Source: Mytilus trossulus (lineage: Eukaryota). Taken from it: a stretch of 64,000 nt of DNA. Shown here in pieces: positions 39,901 to 50,389 of the stretch (position 1 is its first letter; each line of letters opens with the position of its first letter). The stretch lies in NCBI RefSeq assembly GCF_036588685.1, contig NC_086384.1, positions 35,650,001-35,714,000 of the forward strand, written 5' to 3'. The notes beneath the pieces were generated by a model. It saw only the letters and a list, made by a program, of their open reading frames with translations, was not told the DNA's origin and searched no databases. The translations under genes and the position numbers were made by a program.

Positions 39901-40171
39901 GCACATCAAAAATATTGGGATGACGTCATCGTCCACCAGTTTTATTATATTTATACCAAATGGTGTCTTTCTTGATTCTCAACTTATAGAGAGAATTAAA
40001 CACTCAACAAATGAGCGATCGATCATTGTATCGGTAGGTCTTATTGAAGACCCAATGTGGGATAATTTAGAAGATCTTGCAACATATGGCTATTTTGTAT
40101 TCTCTAGTGAAGATGCAATTCTTTTGGCACGTTATTTGAAAAAGGAAATGAAAACAACTACATGCACATAG
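27805..40171 (+). CDS. Secreted NIDO + two VWA domain extracellular-matrix protein, 7 coding exons, 627 codons, one in-frame TAG (codon 192); possible pseudogene or null allele
   Basis: join(27805-27999, 29365-29667, 34407-34511, 35169-35328, 36754-37036, 38640-38926, 39621-40171); GT-AG introns, phases 0,0,0,1,2,1 all consistent. Signal peptide; NIDO motifs FFPFG..D, NDDGSS, VNTNG, LAPFWAD, NTFQAVLITD, VGFN.GD, SNVG.PGKFVFRVD; VWA motifs ADIVFVL.MSRS, ILTDG, VGIG and DIRILLDSSIS. Confidence 0.85.
29365..29667 (+). CDS. NIDO-VWA exon 2
   Basis: TAG|VNTNGLVSF...LAPFWADID...VTWYKVPYFG...EK|GTTTGA. Confidence 0.88.
31085..33000 (+). mobile_element. 3' fragment of the second Penelope-like family whose terminus has expanded into a minisatellite
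   Basis: 31125-31450 is homologous to the reverse complement of 55960-56340; the tail ends in GGTTGTTGTCTCTTTAATACATTCCCC, as in other copies. Confidence 0.65.
31782..32975. repeat. 19-bp minisatellite (TTTGGTCTGGTTGTTGGTC)n, about 63 copies, with a 418-bp higher-order duplication
   Basis: Seen directly; the ORF translations have a 19-aa (3x19 nt) period. Confidence 0.97.
34407..34511 (+). CDS. NIDO-VWA exon 3 (contains TAG at 34482-34484)
   Basis: TTCCAG|RNTFQAVLITDSKSAFVIYNYDKIE*IASSDIPAQ|GTAAAT; not in the ORF track. Confidence 0.82.
35169..35328 (+). CDS. NIDO-VWA exon 4 (NIDO C-terminus)
   Basis: VGFNMGDDIHFYSVEGSRT...SNVGYPGKFVFRVD...PTPG+G|GTATTT. Confidence 0.85.
36754..37036 (+). 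CDS. NIDO-VWA exon 5 (VWA1 N-half)
   Basis: TTTTAG|(D)PGQCFLKAADIVFVLVMSRSI...NLKNALSST+AC|GTAGGT; phase 2. Confidence 0.82.
38640..38926 (+). CDS. NIDO-VWA exon 6 (VWA1 C-half)
   Basis: TTTTAG|A QMFSY..GPRSYAKRFVIILTDG...VGIG...PGCL+G|GTAAGT. Confidence 0.85.
39621..40171 (+). CDS. NIDO-VWA exon 7 (VWA2, terminal)
   Basis: TTTTAAG|(A)CEVDIGGDIRILLDSSIS...KTTTCT*. Confidence 0.82.
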
Positions 40172-41900
40172 ATTACATTTAGCCAATTCTTTACAGAGAT
40201 TCGATCAATACAATTCAAACGATCTCGAGGTCAACCATAGCAAAACATGCACTTTGCCATATTAAAATAGGGATATGCATCTTGTTAAACGCCTCCGTTC
40301 ATATGGTATTCAGTACATCTTAGTAAATATGTCGTATACTCTGTTGTTTGTGATACATAGTGTCGTTTTTATATTATTTTTTTATACAATGATGCTTGTA
40401 TTTGTATTGGAAATTATTGAGATTGCTGTATTTATGAATTCGAGGAGTCATACTGTTTCCAAAACACTTCTTATATTCTCCGACAGCCTTTTCTTCAAAC
40501 GAATTTTGAAGTCAATTTAGCATGTATCATGAACACTGTTAAAAAACTGTTTGAAATTTATTTTAAATACATTTTCCGATGTATGTAAGTTAATTAATTT
40601 CTGATCTAATCAATTTAGTATATTTATCTTCAATGCTAATTGTAACTGTAATTTGATATGCTATAATTGCATTTGTCTTTATGCAACTGATGTATAGAAC
40701 TACCAAATCAGTTATACATGTTATATGTGTATTCTTTTCTAGACTGATTTTTATTTGTAATTTACTTGTAATATAAAGGCATATCATATTGAGGATACTT
40801 ACGTTTTTGTTTTCGTATGCATTTATAATTAGAGTGATATCTTGATGATTACATTTTGGTACTTCGTACTTTTAATGTCATCTCTGATATTTTCCCACTT
40901 TGTTTATTTTGTATAGTTCCGATCTACTTCTTTGATCTTGGGTTCATTCAGCTAAAAGAGTGTCTGACCCGTCAAAGACTTCGTCAAGTATACCAGATAT
41001 GTTTTAACCGTGAAAAGGCAGTACTTGTTTAGGTGTTTTTAAATTATGAGATGAATGTGCAAATTTTTACTGCATTTTGGTTGTCATGTAATGTTAGTAG
41101 GGTTCTCAGTATCGAAAAGACGTCTAGTTAACTAGTTTAAGTGAACGGATAAAAAAAAATTACAGCTATATTTATATGCAAACTATTGGAAAAATCATTA
41201 CATTTTCCAATCACGAATGTCGTCGTATGCTCCAGTTTATCACTTAGCTTAAAAATTAAATTTATTATAATATAAAAAAGCTGAAAAGATATATATATAT
41301 ATATAATTAAAGGATAAGTATTTTATGGTTTCATAAAGACTATTTTTTAGCTGTTATTAACAACATTTTGAACGAAAGAAATGTTATAGCGTGTTACTTT
41401 CACGGGATTTTTACTCTCATGACATCAATAAGACATGGTTCATATATATGCGAAATATCTTTCGTTTAATGTTAATCGATGAGAAGAAAATAACAATTAA
41501 AAACACAAATTTAGTGACCATTCTGCCCTGATTCAAACACACCTTTTTTCGTGATATATTGAATCGGTTTTTAGCTTACACTATCAGTTCATCAGCTAGG
41601 ACAATTGTCACTAACTTCATTTCTCTTTTTTTTTTGCATGTTGTATGGTCGACTTGTGTATTTGGAAAAGAAAAGTTAGTTTGAAGATCGTTGTTTTGTA
41701 ATTTGAAATATTTTTTTGAAGGTTTTTATAACTTTATATTTTTTTCAATTGATAGTTTTGTTATAATTGTAATAAACAAATCAAATTCTTCGTTCACGGT
41801 TCAATTGCGGAATATGGCACACATTCACAGTCCTGTTAAATTAAGCCCATCAAGCCCAAAACGAAGTAGGAATGATATTCAATGGGATAAGTGTGTTATG

Positions 41901-42460
41901 TAGTTATCAAAAGTACCAGGATGATAATTTAGTACGTCAGACACGCATGTCGTCTACATTAGACTCATCAGTGACGCTCATATCAAAATAGTTATAAAGC
42001 CAAATAAATACAATGTTGAGGAGCATGAAGGATCCAAAATTCCCAAAAAGTTGTGCTAAATACGGCTACGGTAATCTATTCCTGAGATAAGAAAAAGCTC
42101 AGTTTTTCGAAAAATTCGATGTTTTGTAATATAATCAACGGTACCAATTGTGTTGCACCAGATGCGCATTTCTAAACAGGACATTCATAAAAATGACCAC
42201 ATAATTGATATTCATGTCTACAACGAAGTGCTGACTACTGGGATGGTGATACCCTCGGGGACGAAACGTCCACCAGAAGAGTCATCGACCCAGTGGTGTA
42301 AATAGTTATATAAAAATATCAAAATAGTTATAAAGCCTTATAAATACAAAGTTGAAGAGCATTCAGGATCGATAATTTTAAAAAGTTGTGCCAAAATACG
42401 ACTAAGGTCGTGTATGCCATGGATAAGAAAAATACTGAATTTTTCGAAAAAAATCAAAAC
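41901..42460 (-). mobile_element. Retrozyme-like repeat (about 1.4 units) with degenerate type I hammerhead
   Basis: Minus 41977-41934: GCGTCA CTGATGA GTCT-AATGT-AGAC GACA TGCGT GTC TGACGT. Confidence 0.75.
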
Positions 42461-42850
42461 TTTATACGTCAGGGTTCTTCTACTGAATTGTTTTTAATAC
42501 ACGAGGAATAAACACAAACAAAAGCTTTATCGAGGAAATGGTACGGAAGGATTTTAGTGCATTGTATAATGCCTCAGACCTAGACCATCTTCGTATTGAT
42601 GATTACCAAATGTTGTACCACCATTCTTGTTATAAATTTTACACTAGCAGACACAACAGCAGTTATCTGAATCGAGTTCTTGTTTGGTTGTCTGTTTAAG
42701 ATTTTCAGGTCATATATAGCAGGTCGTCAAATTCCTGACTGGGAAAAGTTTATTTGAGTCAGTGAGAACCAGCAGGCCTTAATCAGATTTCTTGGCGATC
42801 AACAGTTATTATGATACACGAGAAAGTCATACTCCAGCTAGCACTTCACA

Positions 42851-43330
42851 GGACCATAAATCAGCTCAGAAGGAGCATTCAGGTTTTCAGAATTATTTTG
42901 TACGCCCGATGGATTAGAAACTCGCATGATTTTACATGCTATTCATGTAGACAAAGCGTTCGGCATGAAAGGAATCAAGGGTTGGATAATAACAAAGTCA
43001 CAAGATACAGATGTTCTAATCTTATGCGTCCTTGCATCCACTCCATGCATCATACGCATGAGATATGGTTTCGAAAAAAATAATTAAAAAAAGGACCATA
43101 AATCAGCTCAGAAGGAGCATTCAGGTTTTAAGAATTATTTTGTACGCCCGATAGATTAGATACTCGCATGATTTGACATGCTTTTCATGTAGACAAAGCG
43201 TTCGGCATGAAAGGAATCAAGGGTTGGATAATAACAAAGTCACAAGATACAGATGTTCTTATCTTATGCGTCCTTGTATCCACTCCATGCATCATACGCA
43301 TGAGCTATGATTTCGTAAAAAAAATAAATT
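42851..43330 (+). repeat. 242-bp tandem duplication
   Basis: GGACCATAAATCAGCTCAGAAGG starts at 42851 and 43093. Confidence 0.92.
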
Positions 43331-44399
43331 TAAAAAACTTGCAATATGTTCTCTAACCTTGGCGTGGTTGGTAGCCCAACTACAAGACAGCATAGAACGT
43401 AGTAGGTAATACTAGCCTCGATCATAATTTTCTATTTACATTTGGGGTTTTTTCGTGTTTTTTTGCCATTCTGTTGTCCGCTTGTCTTCGTATTATAAGT
43501 TTGTAGTGTTCCTTTTTTTGTTTGCAATTGTTCGTAAAATACCTCTCCCTTATTATATATATATATATATATGGTATACTTGTAAACACTATAGCCAATT
43601 GTTGCTCATTTAGTCATATGTATGTAGGATGGGCTGTGTTACCTGTTTCTAATACACGTTTTGTTTTCATAAAAAAGGGGCGAAAGATACCAAAGGGACA
43701 GTCAAACTCATAAATCTAAAATAAACTAACAACTTCATGGCTAAAAATGAAAAATACAAACAGACAAACAATAATACACATGACACAACATAGAAAACTA
43801 AAGAATAAACAACACGAACCCAACCAAAAACTAAGGGTGATATCATGTGCTACGGAAAGGTAAGCAGATTACTTAGTTTTATATGTTGTGCCATGTGTTC
43901 TATTGTTTGTCTGTTTGTCTTCTTTCATTTGTAATCAGGCGTTGTCAGTTTTTTTCCGATATACGAGTTTGGCTGTCCCTCTGGTATCTTTCGTCACCTC
44001 GTTTAGACAAAACTATACATAGATTTTTCGCCACTTTCATTTTTTATTCGCCGACTTATATCACTATTGTTTTCGTTAAAAGTTTTCCTTCTTTCTAACA
44101 GAAAAAAATTGCCGCATTGCTATCTATCATAATTCTGATATCTAATACATATTGTCAGAATAGAGTTCAAAATTTGAGAAATTTCTAATATTTGAACATT
44201 ATTCATCATATCAACAACTGTCTTCGTTAGGAGGAGAGGATAAATAAAACCATGCTTCAAACACGTGAAGCAATTCTATCAAAATTTTGAATACACATGG
44301 CCAAACTGTTCATTGTTCGGGCCCTTTATAGCTTGCTGTTTCATGTGAACCAGTGGTCCAATTGACGTACTTGTGACGCATATTAACCACTGTATTTCA

Positions 44400-44556
44400 T
44401 TTAAGAATTAAATGTTTTTTTTGTAACATCATTTGAGTGTAAAAGCGTTGACCGAAATACATTTTGTATGAAGCGCTTCATTCTGAATCGTGAACAACGT
44501 CAACGCGTTTACAACCCTATGAAGTTACAAACATAAGCGTTCAATATTTATAATTA
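44400..44556. repeat. Degenerate hairpin-type element
   Basis: TTTGTAAC..TGTAAAAGCGTTGAC..ATGAAGCGCTTCAT..GTCAACGCGTTTACA..GTTACAAA. Confidence 0.6.
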
Positions 44557-44925
44557 CAATGTTTAAACACGATTTCTATCAAGTTTCTTTAGTTTACCTG
44601 TGCACTGTATTATGGGACCTCGTGTCAATTGCTGATAGCCAATCATAACAACTGTATCATAATGAAACATACATTTAATTTTATTATTGAATGAGACAAT
44701 CAACCTCTTTATAATTCAGTGAATGGTGTCGATAGCTATACATGCAATCAGCTAATTGTCGATTTTCTATCCAAATCGTAACCAGTACAAACAAAATTCC
44801 CAGTATAGTCTGATCTGAGAAAAAGTCAAAGAAACCTGAAAAAGTCAGCATGATGCGCAAAGTCGAACCGTTATATTTCTGTCGCCTTATGCTCTCTCAA
44901 CAATAAATTTTAATCGCCAAAGTTT

Positions 44926-45179
44926 CTATTTTGTACTACACGGAGGCGGACGCCCAATGATGAATGCCTGATCACAGATCTTGGGGATCTCGAAAACAGA
45001 GGGGTCTGTAATGCCTTTCGTTATGTTCATGACATTAATATTATAGGTACGTCTTCTTCTTTGGAAACTTCCGGATAAGGGTAAGCATTTTGTTTTTGTT
45101 ACTGACTAGGTCATCTGACCACTACGTAATGAAATCCGGTAAATGTCTTGATCAGCTAAACTCATTATTTTTGAGGAAG
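44926..45179 (-). CDS. EPDR-C exon 4 (terminal; internal TAG)
   Basis: TTTTTAG|(P)SSKIMSLADQDIYRISLRSGQMT*SVTKTKCLPLSGSFQRRRRTYNINVMNITKGITDPSVFEIPKICDQAFIIGRPPPCSTK*. Confidence 0.75.
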
Positions 45180-45235
45180 CTAAAAAATAAAAATAACATG
45201 ATGTTTATTTAAAATATTTTAAAAATCTTGATTAA

Positions 45236-46254
45236 AGTGGTACCCAAATCATTGACTTAAATTGATTTGGCTCGTTCCCTTTTGATGAAACATTGACAAA
45301 CTATTGTGACCCTTTGAAAAATTATATAAAAATTCAAAACAAACGAACAAATCACTTTCTCTGAAAAAATTGTTTGGATACATAGCATTTTGACAAAGAC
45401 TTAGTTTGACCATCAATGCCCATGCTACGTCAATCTTTAAAGACACAAATGTTGCAAAACACCTATCCGACCTCAATGACAAATGTGTTCTTGTCCCCGC
45501 AGAATTAGTCCCAAATAACATCGTTTTTGTGTGTAAAAGTCATCACATTAACTGCTTGATAAACGAATTAGGTATTGACAATTCACTTCGAAACTCAACA
45601 TATACCCTCACGACACTTACCAAAGAGGAAATCCTTGATAATCATAGGTCTGTTCTATGTTCCTATGGAATTTCAACCGAAGATGAAAAACTGGATCTTC
45701 CACTACTGTATTGGATACCTAAACTACATAAGTGTCCTTACAAACAACGGTATATTGCTGGGTCTTCCAAGTGCTCCACGAAACCTCTTTCTAAATTATT
45801 AACATCTATTTTATCAGCAATCAAAGACGGGCTTCAAAGTTATTGTGAAACTGCCTATTCTAGAGGTGGCAAGAATCAGATGTGGATACGTAAAAATTCC
45901 AAAGATCTTTTAGAGTACATACAATCTAACTCTCTTTCATCTTGTAATAGTATTAAAACATTTGACTTTTCTAGGATCTGTCTACCATTCCGGAGCATCT
46001 GAGATCACCCTAGTTTTTGGTGGGGTTTGTGTTGTTTTTTCTTTAGTTTCCTATGTTGTTTCATGTGTTCTCTTGTTTTTCTGGGCTTTTTTTCATTTTT
46101 AGCCACGGCATTATCAGTTTGTATTTGATTTATGAGTTTGACTGTCCCTTTGGTATCTTTCGTCCCTCTTTTAGTATGTCTTTATCAATACAAATTAATT
46201 AAAATGTTTAGCTGATTTTTCAAAGTTATCTCCCTGTCGTGTGAGGTACCACCT
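45236..46254. mobile_element. Kolobok-type MITE interrupted by the Penelope-like copy
   Basis: TTAA|AGTGGTACC ... GGTACCACCT|TTAT termini. Confidence 0.5.
45412..46172 (+). mobile_element. Internally deleted copy of the same Penelope-like element
   Basis: ORF 45406..46002 (LYWIPKLHKCPYKQRYIAGS...KTFDFS) is near-identical to 52125-51560 and is fused directly to the family 3' tail. Confidence 0.88.
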
Positions 46255-47452
46255 TTATAACCGATTGCGGATAATTACAATTAAAACCTCATGTTTGCTT
46301 GAATTAAAAGTAAACAACTACATGTACATTTTACAATAAGAAATAGTTACTAATCTGAAACACATTTGGCCTTTATTTTGCCTTTTGTTTCCTTTTCTTT
46401 CAGTTATTGTATTTACGGTCCTTGTCTTCAAATGCAACCTTTAATTTATCCTTTGTATATCGAAATGTTGCATCTTTAATAATGTCAAAGTCCTTATTGT
46501 TTGGTGGTGCTTTATGGTGAGTATCTACTTTACGTGAGTCTGCATTTATGTAAGCCGTCATACGACAAAATTATTTTTATGTCTACCTTAAATTTGATGT
46601 ATGCCTTTTTGTGCTTCTTTGTTACATTTGTTGTTTATATAGTGATATTAAAATGATAACACAATATTGACTGTTGTACCCCTATTTTTGACATTTTTAC
46701 TCTATCAGTATGTTTATCGTTGACAATGTAATGGAATTTGATGCCACTGTCATACAAGTGAGAGGTTTTACTTGCTATAAAACCAGGTTCAATCCACCAT
46801 TTTCTACATTAGAAAATGCCTGTACCAAGTCAGGAATATGACAGTTGTTATCCAATCGTTTGATGTGTTTGGACTTTTGATTTTGCCTTTTGATTTTTGA
46901 TTTTCCTTTTTGAATTTTCCTCGGAGTTCAGTATTTTTGTGTTTTTACTTTTTATGGTGGCGATTCAAGCTATGTCAAATCGAGTCATGTTATATAGGAT
47001 CACAAGGAGGAGAACGGGATAGGAAGCCGAGGTATCCAAATAGTTCACCTAGTCTACAATTATCAGAAGCTCTCGGTAATGAATTAGAGCCTCCATTTGT
47101 AGCGGAATATGTATGACGAATCCGATAGATGCTAGTGGTATTTTTATACTTGTAGAGCTATTTGCATTGATATTGATATTGCAAAATATTGAATTGATCA
47201 AGTCTTGCATTTTTCCAATTTTATACCTTATAAAGATAACTCGACAATTAAATTTGAAATTGAAAAAGGAAATAGGGAATGTTCAAAGAGACAACAACCT
47301 GATCAAAAAGAAGAAAACCGCCATCAAGGGCTCTTAAACACAGCTTGAAAATCCATCACCCGCAGATATAGAGTTATAAGTTATTTACCAAGGATCAAAT
47401 CTTAAAGGATTAAATTAGAATATTTATCTTTACTAGTATATGTTGTAATTAC

Positions 47453-47537
47453 GTGGCATACACAAATTTCGTCCGAAATAATTAAAGACCTTTGGGATTA
47501 TAAAGCAAGATCCATCTGAAAGATGATATTCTTGTCC
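47453..47537 (-). CDS. EPDR-C exon 3
   Basis: TTACAG|GQEYHLSDGSCFIIPKVFNYFGRNLCMP+C|GTAATT. Confidence 0.8.
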
Positions 47538-48199
47538 CTGTAATAGAAAAAAAAAAGATATTGGTTCACAACATAAAAACTTTGTAAATATAGTTAATTT
47601 ATACCAAAATGCAAGGATTCAAAAGAGTATTTGTGTTTATCTCAAAAGTCACAACAAATTGTAATGTAGCTTTGTCCGTTTTGTATGATGAGAAGCTTTA
47701 TGAACCAGATTGATTGCTACCACGCATCAGTATTATTTGTTTGTCAGAGTATGTGGATGGGATCTGCTTATCCTTCCGGAGCACCTGATATCACCCCCAG
47801 TTTTGGTGCGGTTCGTGTTGCTTAGTCTTTAGTTTTCTATGTTGTGTCTCTTCTGTACTTTTATTTGTCTGTTAGTCTTTTTTATTTTTAGAAATGGCGT
47901 TGTCAGTTTATTTTCTATCTATGAGTTTGACTCTCCCTCTAGTATATTTCGTCCTTCTTTCATCGAGGTTATTTCCCTTATAAAAAAAACTTGTACCAGG
48001 TTCCTTCTCTCAAATAAATAATCCTTCTTTTCCTTGCAGAAAAATCATGGTGTTAATGCGATTATGTAAAAGGGTTTGTTTTAATATGCATATGATACTA
48101 AACTATAATTAATATCGGTAAATTTCATTTGTCATTAGTTTTCAGTGTGAATAGTCCAAAATGTTCTTGTACTGTCTTGAACATGTTGCATAGAAATAA

Positions 48200-48269
48200 A
48201 ATGACATACGTCACAATGACATACGTCACGATGATATACGTCACAATGACAAACGTCACAATGACCTAC
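48200..48269. repeat. 15-bp tandem repeat (about 4.6 copies) built from the EPDR-C exon-2 donor site
   Basis: Minus strand GTAGGTCATTGTGAC GTTTGTCATTGTGAC GTATATCATCGTGAC GTATGTCATTGTGAC GTATGTCATT. Confidence 0.9.
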
Positions 48270-48383
48270 TTTAACGTAATCCTGAAAAATCTCTGTGTGA
48301 TACTCAAAACCCATGAAGTAGACTGTTCCGGAAAGGTAGCCTTTTCCTATAGTAGTATCCATGACAAACTTGTCATATATTCT
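48270..48383 (-). CDS. EPDR-C exon 2
   Basis: TTTCAAG|RIYDKFVMDTTIGKGYLSGTVYFMGFEYHTEIFQDYVK|GTAGGT. Confidence 0.8.
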
Positions 48384-48930
48384 CTTGAAATTAAAACGAA
48401 CTATAATTAATACTGTGTTCACTATCGTCTTCCATGCGTTCCTATCGAATTTGGATGTAAAAGTGGGGTTTTTTTTTTCCCGTCACGATCTGATATTGTG
48501 TATGCCTAACATTTGCAAAAAACGACTATTATCTAATTATGAAAATGATTGAAAATGCAATATATGTTGCCTATGATGATCTAATACAAGTATTGCATAT
48601 TGTTATTCTAAAATGTTTCCCAAAACTTATCGACCTGAAGATCATAATAAAAAAATCAAATCAAATCAAATATTTTAATAGTGTGTTCAAATGTTGTAAA
48701 TATTGTCGTTATCCTAATCATCATTCCGTTAAAGAACAAATTCCTGACTATTTTGATAATACTGAGCTCCCTTTTTTTTATATGAAAATAAATTACCCCG
48801 GAAATATGTATTAAATTATAGCGAAGTTTGTAAATATGTTAACATCAATGACAACACAGCTACGTCATGAAATGTAATTAAAACCAAATACATTTATGAC
48901 CCTATTTACAATGGTATAACAAAAGAGCTT

Positions 48931-50245
48931 AATATGGGGACGAAGTCCCCTATTACAGTAGAAAAATCAATAAAAAAATAATCGGAAAAATTGTCATTGT
49001 ACTAATGAACTCAAAATAGTTCATTTTTTGTGTCGCTTTTTTTAATTCCCGCATTTGCACAGAACGCAAAAATCTACTTCCTTCTTCCGGTCTCGTTGTA
49101 GTAAAACTTGAGTAGTTAAGTAAAATATAGGAACTCATGGAACACAATACCAATATCTAATGTTACGTAATTCTTTGTCTTTGATAATATGAACGTAACC
49201 TGATGCATTGCGTTTCTTTGTTTACATTGAACATGACGTCATAAGTAAAATCCATAACAACAGAACCACAATCGGAAGCGTTACGGTTTTCCCGTTTCTT
49301 CTTTGAACAGATTTAAAAGTTGCAAAAAAAATTAGTGCGAACAGACTTCCTCCCTATTTACAGGTAATGCCTGATTCATATTAAAGGCAACAGTAGTGTA
49401 CTGCTATTCGAAATTCATAAACGGCAATACCGTAACGGTTCCGATTTTGGTTCTGTTGATAGGGATTCTAGTTGTGACGTCATATGCAATTTAAACAAAG
49501 AAACGCTATCACAAGGTAACGGGTTTTTGTTCATATCAAGCAATGATTAAAAATGAAATTGGTATTGCGTTCCTTCCTATTTTATACTAGACTGAAAGAT
49601 CTACATGTATATATATATATTTTTACTCATAATTTCATGCCAACGAGACTGGAAAAAGGAAGTACATTGTAGATTTCTGCGCAGATCCGGAACTAAAAAA
49701 ACGCGACTCAAAAATGTTGAACGATTTTGATTTTGTACAATGAAATAAAATAAACGTTACCAATTTTCCTGCACCAGATGCGCATTTCGACAATACATGT
49801 CTCTTCCGTGTGGCAAAAAGATTTGAAATTCAAAGCTTATATAAAATATGAAGAGCTATAATCCAAAAGGTCTAAAAAGTATAGCCGTGAAAGGAATCAG
49901 AGCTTTGAAGAGGCATCGACCCAGTGGTAGTAATAAATTTAACGGTACCAATTTTCCTGCACCAGATGCGCATTTCGACAATACATGTCTCCGATTTCGG
50001 GAAAATATCCCTGATCTTTTTTTTAAGATTTTTCTACTGTTATTGGGGACTTCGTCCTCATATGAATTAACGTTACCTGATGAATGGCGTTTCTTTGTTT
50101 ACATTGAACATGACGTCACGGGTCAAATCCCTAACAACAGAACCAAAATCGGAAACGTTACGGTTTCCCGTTTCTTTTTTAAACACATATAAAAATAATT
50201 CATACAGATTTCGTCCCTATTTACAGGTTAAGTCTGCCTCATATT
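48931..50245. mobile_element. Cluster of three copies (direct, inverted, direct) of a roughly 450-bp MITE
   Basis: AATATGGGGACGAAGTCCCC at 48931 and its reverse complement ending about 50064; internal blocks mirror across about 49420; partial third copy at 50068-50245. Confidence 0.7.
49755..49992 (-). mobile_element. Second retrozyme family, two partial hammerheads
   Basis: (C)GGAAGA GAC-ATGTATT-GTC GAAA TGCGCA TC TGGTGC twice; further pieces at about 42140-42172 and 60718-60755. Confidence 0.6.
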
Positions 50246-50389
50246 AAAGGCAACAGTAGTATACCGCTATTCGAAATTCATAAATCGATTGCGAAAAAAA
50301 AATCCGGGTTACAAAATAAAACTGAGGGAAACGCATCAAATATAAGAGGAAAAATACGACACAACAGAAACACAACATTAAAATGTAAA

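Larger units (their letters stand above)
41810..43330 (+). mobile_element. Degraded DNA-transposon ORF relic, Academ/XPG-like
   Basis: Fragments DIQWDKCV, YHHSCYKFYTS, GRQIPDWEKFI*VSENQQALIRFLG and TRMILHA...SQDTDVLIL resemble the PIN/XPG-like (EADTR/DTDV) domain. Confidence 0.5.

Noticed and set aside
42225-42275. Opposite-strand hammerhead (CTGACTA...GAAACGTC)
   Set aside because: Core G8 is missing, stem II is not well formed and stem I is only 3 bp; kept only as an unclassified structure.
34482-45108. Alternative genetic code or selenocysteine as the explanation for the in-frame stops
   Set aside because: Both are TAG rather than TGA, TAG also terminates both genes normally, and the two positions correspond to different residues (Trp versus Met).
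46385-46510. Possible EPDR-C exon 3
   Set aside because: Multiple stops in the relevant frame; a clean homologous exon exists at 47537-47453.
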